A stretch of 64,000 nt of DNA from Candidatus Sericytochromatia bacterium (GTDB lineage Bacteria; Cyanobacteriota; Sericytochromatia; S15B-MN24; UBA4093), in the NCBI GenBank assembly GCA_036676985.1, contig JAKFBU010000026.1, positions 257,265-321,264 on the forward strand. The letters are read 5' to 3'. The notes under the pieces were generated by a model. That model ran no database searches and was not told where the DNA came from. It saw only the letters and a program-made list of their open reading frames with translations. Both the position numbers and the translations under genes were made by a program. Positions 57,865-64,000 of the stretch are shown piece by piece. Within the stretch, counting starts at the first letter, position 1; every line of letters begins with the position of its first letter.

Positions 57865-58314
57865 ATGCGCGTCATTCTCAGCAAGGACATCAAGGACGTC
57901 GGCAAGGCCCACCAGATCGTGACGGTCTCGGAAGGGTACGCCCGCAACTACCTGTTCCCGCGCAATCTCGCGGTCGAGGCGACGGAGTCGGCCCTCAAGT
58001 CCCTCGAGGACAAGGCCAAGCGCGACAAGGCCAAGGCCGACAAGGTCAAGGCCGAGGCCGAGCAGTTCGCCGAGAAGCTCGGCGCCAAGACCGTCACCAT
58101 CCCGGCCAAGGCCGGCGAGGGCGGCCGTCTCTACGGGGCCATCACCGCCAAGGAGATCGCCCAGGAGACCAAGAAGCAGACCGGCTTCGAGATCGACAAG
58201 CGCAAGATCGAGATGGAGGACTCCATCCGGTCGCTCGGCTACTACGATCTGGTCGTCAAGGTGCACCCCGAGGTGGCCGCCAAGCTGCGCGTCCACGTCA
58301 CCGAGACCAAGTAG
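57865..58314 (+). CDS. rplI: 50S ribosomal protein L9
   Basis: GYARNYLFP, GRLYGAIT. Confidence 0.97.
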   Translation: MRVILSKDIKDVGKAHQIVTVSEGYARNYLFPRNLAVEATESALKSLEDKAKRDKAKADKVKAEAEQFAEKLGAKTVTIPAKAGEGGRLYGAITAKEIAQETKKQTGFEIDKRKIEMEDSIRSLGYYDLVVKVHPEVAAKLRVHVTETK

Positions 58315-58442
58315 TTCGCTCGAAAACCGCGGGGCCGGGTGATCCTGGCCACCGCGGCGGAGCGTTGTCTGCCCGTAGTCTGGCATGTGTCTGGTGGCCC
58401 TCCCTCTGTGCGTGATGATAGGCTGATTTGCCTGGAGCTCTG

Positions 58443-59819
58443 ATGCTAGACGCGGCGCGCGACCCCCTTCTCGAACGGATCCCCCCTCAGAGCGTCGAGG
58501 CCGAGCAGTCGGTGCTGGGGGCCTTGCTCATCTCGTCCGACGCCCTGACGCGCGTGGTCGAGATCCTCAAGCCGGACATGTTCTACCGGCACGCCCACGC
58601 GACCATCTACCAGTCGATCCTCTCGCTGTCCGAGAAGGGCGAGCCCGCGGACCTGGTCACCGTCAGCTCGCAGCTGCGCACCGACGGCCACCTGGACGAG
58701 GTGGGCGGCTACTCCTACCTCATGGACCTCGCGGCGTCGATCCCGACGGCCGCCAACGCCGAGTACTACGCCCGCATCGTCGAGGAGAAGGCGGCCCTGC
58801 GCGCCCTCATCACGGGCGGCACCAAGATCGTCGAGATCGCCCATGCCCAGGACCGCAAGCTGGACGAGATCATCGACGAGGCCGAGCGCATCGTCTTCGA
58901 CGTGGCGCAGGGCCGGCGCCAGTCCAAGGACCTCAGCCACATCAAGGACATCCTCCAGACCACCTTCGAGACCATCGAGCACCGGTACGAGAACCAGGAC
59001 AACGTCATGGGCTTCCAGACCGGCTACTACGACATGGACTACATGATGAGCGGCCTGCACGCCTCGGACATGATCGTGCTCGCGGCCCGTCCGGCCATGG
59101 GTAAGACCTCGTTCGCGCTGAACCTCGCCCAGAACGTCGCGAAGCTCAACGACGCGCCGGTCATCGTCTTCTCGCTCGAAATGTCGAAGGAGCAGCTGGC
59201 GCAGCGCCTCATCTGCGCCGAGGCCAAGATCAACGCCCACCGCATCAAGACGGGCTTCCTCTCGGAGACCGACTGGCCCAAGCTCACCGAGGCCATCGGC
59301 AACCTGGCCTCGGCCCCCATCTACATCGACGACACGCCCGCCATCACGGTCATGGAGGTGCGCGGCAAGGCCCGCCGCCTCAAGGCGCTGGAGAAAAAGG
59401 AGCTGGGGCTCATCGTCATCGATTATCTCCAGTTGATGAGCGGCGGCGGGGGCGGCGACGGCAACCGCGTGCAGGAGATCTCGGCCATCTCGCGAAACCT
59501 CAAGGCGCTCGCGCGCGAGCTGAACGTGCCCATCGTCGCTCTCTCGCAGCTCAGCCGTGCGGTGGAAAGCCGTACCGACAAGCGTCCGATGCTCTCGGAC
59601 CTGCGCGAATCGGGCGCCATCGAGCAGGACGCCGACATCGTCATGTTCATCTACCGCGACGAGTACTACAACCAGGACTCGGTCGAGAAGAACATCGCCG
59701 AGGTCATCATCGCCAAGCACCGTAACGGTCCCGTGGGCACCGTCAAGCTCTTCTTCGAGAAGGAGCACACCCGGTTCGAGAACCTCTCGCAGAGCCCCAC
59801 GGTCAGCCTGGAAGCATAG
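58443..59819 (+). CDS. dnaB: replicative DNA helicase
   Basis: PPQSVEAEQ, ARPAMGKT, DYLQL, SDLRESGAIEQDAD, KHRNG. Confidence 0.98.
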   Translation: MLDAARDPLLERIPPQSVEAEQSVLGALLISSDALTRVVEILKPDMFYRHAHATIYQSILSLSEKGEPADLVTVSSQLRTDGHLDEVGGYSYLMDLAASIPTAANAEYYARIVEEKAALRALITGGTKIVEIAHAQDRKLDEIIDEAERIVFDVAQGRRQSKDLSHIKDILQTTFETIEHRYENQDNVMGFQTGYYDMDYMMSGLHASDMIVLAARPAMGKTSFALNLAQNVAKLNDAPVIVFSLEMSKEQLAQRLICAEAKINAHRIKTGFLSETDWPKLTEAIGNLASAPIYIDDTPAITVMEVRGKARRLKALEKKELGLIVIDYLQLMSGGGGGDGNRVQEISAISRNLKALARELNVPIVALSQLSRAVESRTDKRPMLSDLRESGAIEQDADIVMFIYRDEYYNQDSVEKNIAEVIIAKHRNGPVGTVKLFFEKEHTRFENLSQSPTVSLEA

Positions 59820-59829
59820 GAAGGACATC

Positions 59830-61128
59830 ATGGCCAACGTCGCAGTCGTCGGAGCCCAGTGGGGGGACGAAGGGAAGGGCAAGATCACGGATCTCTTGGC
59901 CGAGCGGGCCGACGTGGTGGTGCGCTACGGCGGCGGCAACAACGCCGGCCACACCGTCATCGTGGGCGACAAGGTCCTCAAGCTGCACCTGATCCCCTCG
60001 GGCATCCTCTATCCCCGGACCCGCTGCTTCATCGGCAACGGCACCGTGCTCGATCCGGGCAGCCTGCTCGACGAGATGGCGGGCCTCGAGCGCCAGGGCA
60101 TCAGTCTCGCCAACCTCCAGATCAGCGAGCTGGCGACGGTCATCATGCCCTACCACAAGATCCTCGATAAGGCCGAAGAGGAGCACCGCCGGCACAAGAT
60201 CGGGACCACCGGCCGCGGCATCGGCCCGGCTTACGGCGACAAGTACCTGCGCTACGGCATCCGGGTGATGGACCTGATGGACGAGGAGGTGTTCCGCGAT
60301 CGCCTCACGGACTCCCTGGGCCGCGCCAACGACCTCATGACCAAGCTATACGGCCTGGAGGCCCTCGACTTCGAGGCGCTCGCCACCGAGATGCTCGGCT
60401 ACGCCGAGCGCCTGCGCCCGTACGTCGCCGACACCTCCCTGCTGTTGCACCAGGCCGTGCAGCGCGGCGAGAAGGTGCTCTTCGAGGGCGCCCAGGGCAT
60501 CCTGCTCGACGTGGACATGGGGACCTATCCGTTCGTGACCAGCAGCTACCCGGTCTCGGGCGGGGCGGCGGTCGGCAGCGGCGTGGGGCCCAGCGCCATC
60601 GATCGCAGCCTTGGGATCGCCAAGGCCTACTGCACGCGCGTCGGCGGCGGGCCCTTCCCGAGCGAGCTGACGGATGCGACGGGCGACAAGCTGCGCGAGA
60701 TCGGGCGCGAGTTCGGCACGACCACGGGGCGCCCGCGCCGCTGCGGCTGGTTCGACGCGGTGGCCGTGCGCCTGGCGGCACGCGCCAGCAGCCTGGACGG
60801 CCTCGCCATCACCAAGCTGGACGTGCTGGACGGCTTCGCCGAGATCAAGGTCGTGACGGCCTATCGCTACGAGGGTCGGACGATCACCGAGTTCCCGCAC
60901 ACCGAGAAGGTGCTCGCCAAGTGCGAGCCCGTCTTCGAGACGTTGCCCGGCTGGCAGACGCCGACCACCGAGGCGCGCACGTTCGACGAGCTGCCGGCCA
61001 ACGCCAAGGCTTACCTCGAGCGGATCGCGGAGCTCACGGGCGTGCCCGTGGCGATCGTGGCGGTGGGGCCGGATCGGGACGCCACCATCGTCGTCGAGGA
61101 CCTGCTCGCCGCCCCGCGCCGGGGGTAG
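59830..61128 (+). CDS. purA: adenylosuccinate synthetase
   Basis: QWGDEGKG, NAGHT, GTTTGRPRRCGW. Confidence 0.98.
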   Translation: MANVAVVGAQWGDEGKGKITDLLAERADVVVRYGGGNNAGHTVIVGDKVLKLHLIPSGILYPRTRCFIGNGTVLDPGSLLDEMAGLERQGISLANLQISELATVIMPYHKILDKAEEEHRRHKIGTTGRGIGPAYGDKYLRYGIRVMDLMDEEVFRDRLTDSLGRANDLMTKLYGLEALDFEALATEMLGYAERLRPYVADTSLLLHQAVQRGEKVLFEGAQGILLDVDMGTYPFVTSSYPVSGGAAVGSGVGPSAIDRSLGIAKAYCTRVGGGPFPSELTDATGDKLREIGREFGTTTGRPRRCGWFDAVAVRLAARASSLDGLAITKLDVLDGFAEIKVVTAYRYEGRTITEFPHTEKVLAKCEPVFETLPGWQTPTTEARTFDELPANAKAYLERIAELTGVPVAIVAVGPDRDATIVVEDLLAAPRRG

Positions 61129-61162
61129 CGCCCCTCGAGAGTGCCGATGAGCTAGGCAAGGC

Positions 61163-61192
61163 CCGTCATCCCGGCGAAAGCCGGGGTGACGG
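61163..61192. repeat. short REP-like hairpin (same family as 33396)
   Basis: CCGTCATCCCGGC-GAAA-GCCGGGGTGACGG. Confidence 0.7.
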
Positions 61193-61227
61193 CTACTCCC
61201 CCTTGCCTGGTGGTGAGCTTGGAGGGC

Positions 61228-61662
61228 TCACAGCAGCGGCATCCACCCGCCCGGCAGCTCCTTGGTCTCGGCGCGCTCCAGCCCCCGCGCGAGCTGGTGG
61301 CCGAGCGTGCCCGAGTCGAAGTACGCGCAGGAGCGGGTGATCCGGTCGTCCTTGAACTCCAGGATCATCACGCCCCGGTACCGGAGCGGCAAGCCGTGCG
61401 GGCTGGTCCCCACGCTCATCCACTCCAGCGCCGCGCCCCCCTCGCTCTCGATCACCCGCTCGAACGTCGTGCGGATCTCGCCGAACGTGCGCCGGTACAG
61501 GGTCCAGAAGCTGCGCGCCCCCTGGGGGCCCCGCAGGGTGTCCGGCTCGAGCATGTTGCCGACCCGCGCGTCGGGGGCGTAGAGCGCCACCAGGTCCGAT
61601 ACCCGGTGGTCCCGCTCCAGGCGCTCGAGGGCGGCTTGGAAGCGCTTCACGACCGACTCCAT
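61228..61662 (-). CDS. SnoaL/NTF2-like protein
   Basis: LYAPDA, ALEW, YRGVMILEF..RITRS.AYFD. Confidence 0.85.
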   Translation of the reverse strand: MESVVKRFQAALERLERDHRVSDLVALYAPDARVGNMLEPDTLRGPQGARSFWTLYRRTFGEIRTTFERVIESEGGAALEWMSVGTSPHGLPLRYRGVMILEFKDDRITRSCAYFDSGTLGHQLARGLERAETKELPGGWMPLL

Positions 61663-61767
61663 CGCTCCCCCTTTCGCGGCGCATGGGCCCATCCCGATGG
61701 TAGCGCGCCCGGCCGGAATCGCAACCGGGGAGCGGGCCTCGGAGCCCTAACACGCTCGGAGCCTTGC

Positions 61768-61796
61768 TTGCCGGAACCTGAGGGGCTTGGTAAAAT
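61768..61796 (+). promoter_or_regulatory. sigma70 promoter of sucCD
   Basis: TTGCCG-N17-TAAAAT with extended TG. Confidence 0.65.
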
Positions 61797-61837
61797 GTAG
61801 CCGCCTACAATCCAGCCGGCGACGAGGCTTCGAGCGG

Positions 61838-61910
61838 CGAGCAAAACTGTTCCATTCAGCTGCCGCAAGGCAGCCACAGGCGACACATGCCTGGTTTTGA
61901 TAGTTGCTCG
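61838..61910 (+). ncRNA. structured 5' leader of sucC (candidate cis-regulatory RNA)
   Basis: CGAGCAA/TTGCTCG encloses GCTGCC-GCAA-GGCAGC and CAGGC/GCCTG hairpins. Confidence 0.45.
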
Positions 61911-61972
61911 ACGAGTGTTGCTCCCAAGCGCGACGAGGGGCTGGACGTTCCATTCAGGGAGAGTCCCACCAC

Positions 61973-63106
61973 ATGAAGATCCACGAGTATCAGGCCAAGC
62001 AGGTCCTCGCGAAGTACGGCGTCCCCACGCCGCAGGGCGAGGTCGCCTTCACCCCTGACGAGGTCAAGGGCATCGCCGAGAAGTTCGGCAAGCTCGTCGT
62101 CGTCAAGGCGCAGGTCCACGTCGGCGGCCGCGGCAAGGCCGGCGGCGTCAAGCTCGGCAAGACCCCCCAAGAAGCCTACGAGGTCGGTTCGCAGATCCTC
62201 GGCATGGACCTCAAGGGCCTCACGGTCAAGAAGGTCCTGGTCGAGGAAGGCATCGCCATCGACAAGGAATACTACCTGGGCATGATCTTCGATCGTGACG
62301 CCCGCAAGGTCGTCGTGATGGTCAGCGCCGAGGGCGGCATGGACATCGAAGAGGTCGCCGAGACCAACCCCGAGGCGATCGCCAAGGTCTGGATCGACCC
62401 GGCCCTCGGCCTCACGGACTACCAGATCCGCCAGCTGATCTTCGGCGCCAAGCTCGATCGCGCCTACGTCAAGGAGATCTCCAAGTTCCTGCGCGGCCTC
62501 TACAACGCCTTCATCGGCTCGGACGCGACGCTCGCCGAGATCAACCCCTTGGTCATCACCAAGGACGGCACCGTCATCGCCGCCGACTGCAAGATGGACA
62601 TCGATGACAACGCCCTGTTCCGCCAGCCCGAGCTCGCCCTCTTGCAGGAGTCCGAAGAGGACAACGCCATCGAGAACGAGGCCCGCGAGCGCGGCCTGAC
62701 CTACGTCCACCTGGACGGCGACATCGGCATCATCGGCAACGGCGCGGGCCTGGTCATGACGACCCTCGACGCGGTGGGCCGCGAGGGCGGCAAGGCCGCC
62801 GACTTCCTCGACATCGGCGGCGGCGCCAAGGCGGCCGTTGTCAAGAACGCCCTCGAGGTGGTCATGATGGAGAAGCCGAAGGGCGTCCTCATCAACATCT
62901 TCGGCGGCATCACCCGCTGCGACGAGGTCGCCAAGGGCGTCCTCGAGGCCACCAGCGGCATGGAGATCAACGTGCCCATCGTCGTCCGCCTCTCGGGCAC
63001 GGCCGAGGAAGAAGGCCGCAAACTGCTCGAGGGCTCGAGCCTGATCCCGGCCGCCTCCATGCAGGAAGCCGCCAAGAAGGTCGTCGACCTGGCCTACGGT
63101 CGCTAG
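61973..63106 (+). CDS. sucC: succinyl-CoA synthetase beta subunit
   Basis: [33 protein letters not shown]. Confidence 0.97.
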   Translation: MKIHEYQAKQVLAKYGVPTPQGEVAFTPDEVKGIAEKFGKLVVVKAQVHVGGRGKAGGVKLGKTPQEAYEVGSQILGMDLKGLTVKKVLVEEGIAIDKEYYLGMIFDRDARKVVVMVSAEGGMDIEEVAETNPEAIAKVWIDPALGLTDYQIRQLIFGAKLDRAYVKEISKFLRGLYNAFIGSDATLAEINPLVITKDGTVIAADCKMDIDDNALFRQPELALLQESEEDNAIENEARERGLTYVHLDGDIGIIGNGAGLVMTTLDAVGREGGKAADFLDIGGGAKAAVVKNALEVVMMEKPKGVLINIFGGITRCDEVAKGVLEATSGMEINVPIVVRLSGTAEEEGRKLLEGSSLIPAASMQEAAKKVVDLAYGR

Positions 63107-63122
63107 GGGGAAAGAAGGAATC

Positions 63123-64000
63123 ATGAGCATTTTCATCAACCAGAACACCCGCGTCCTCGTGCACGGCATCACCGGCCGTGAGGGCGGGTTCCACACCCAG
63201 CAGATGATGGCCTACGCCCCCGGCACCATCGTGGCCGGCATGACCCCCGGCAAGGGCGGTCAGGAGGCTTTCGGCGTGCCCGTGTACGACACGGTCAAGG
63301 CGGCCCTCAAGGCCCAGCCCGAGATCAACGCGTCGGTCATCTTCGTGCCCCCCGCGGGCGCGGCCGACTCGATCCTCGAGGCCCTCGACGCCGAGATCCC
63401 CCTCATCGTCTGCATCACCGAGGGCGTGCCCCTGCACGACATGATCCGGGTCAACCAGGTCCTCGCCCGCTCCAAGTCGCGCCTCATCGGGCCCAACTGC
63501 CCCGGCCTCACGACCCCGGCCGAGTGCAAGATCGGCATCATGCCGGGCCACATCTTCAAGCCCGGCACGGTGGGCGTCGTCTCGCGCTCCGGCACCCTGA
63601 CCTACGAGATCGCGGCCGACCTGACCCACCGCGGTTACGGCCAGTCGACCATCGTCGGCATCGGTGGCGACCCCATCATCGGCACCCGCTTCATCGACGT
63701 GCTGCGCGAGTTCGAGGCCGACCCCGGCACGGAGCTCGTGGTCATGGCCGGTGAGATCGGCGGCGAGGACGAGGAGATCGCGGCGGCCTACATCAAGGAG
63801 CACATGACCAAGCCGGTCGTGGGCTTCATCGGTGGCCGCACGGCCCCCAAGGGCAAGCGCATGGGCCACGCTGGCGCCATCGTCAGCGGCAACAAGGGCA
63901 CCGCCGAGTCCAAGGTGGCGGCGCTCGAGGCGGCCGGCGTGCCGGTCGCGAACACCACCGCCGAGATCGGCGACCTGGTGGTCGAGCGCATGAAGAAGCT
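63123..64000 (+). CDS. sucD: succinyl-CoA synthetase alpha subunit (runs off window)
   Basis: GITG, GPNCPG, SRSGTL, GIGGD, MGHAGA. Confidence 0.97.
   Translation, partial: MSIFINQNTRVLVHGITGREGGFHTQQMMAYAPGTIVAGMTPGKGGQEAFGVPVYDTVKAALKAQPEINASVIFVPPAGAADSILEALDAEIPLIVCITEGVPLHDMIRVNQVLARSKSRLIGPNCPGLTTPAECKIGIMPGHIFKPGTVGVVSRSGTLTYEIAADLTHRGYGQSTIVGIGGDPIIGTRFIDVLREFEADPGTELVVMAGEIGGEDEEIAAAYIKEHMTKPVVGFIGGRTAPKGKRMGHAGAIVSGNKGTAESKVAALEAAGVPVANTTAEIGDLVVERMKK

Noticed and set aside
58443-59819. Intein in dnaB
   Set aside because: Normal length with uninterrupted motifs

Overview
High-GC bacterial chromosome segment, mostly housekeeping: lon, a homogentisate operon, sod, fbaB, selD, dacB, nagZ with a sugar ABC transporter, argS, rlmH, yajQ, rplI, dnaB, purA and sucCD. 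The ldpA-ycf45 pair plus flagellar/chemotaxis genes suggests a motile relative of Cyanobacteria such as Sericytochromatia (inference). Most notable: (1) a transposase-less, host-codon-adapted TnpB/Cas12f-like gene with the RuvC D-E-D triad. It has no stop codon and reads through an omegaRNA-like structured linker into a phasin-like repeat ORF that has its own RBS, possibly sequestered. A probable 6S RNA follows. (2) A LAGLIDADG intein in the Walker A motif of Ycf45. (3) A selenocysteine SelD whose promoter sits under a perfect 32-bp palindrome. (4) An AnmK-MurQ fusion and a stand-alone MshEN protein heading the nagZ operon. (5) Two recurring intergenic motifs, TTAA-N7-TTAA repeats and sigmaB/SigF-like promoters. 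(6) A structured sucC leader RNA and several unannotated Zn-ribbon microproteins. All calls are by eye; no searches were run. No CRISPR array, tRNA or rRNA was seen.
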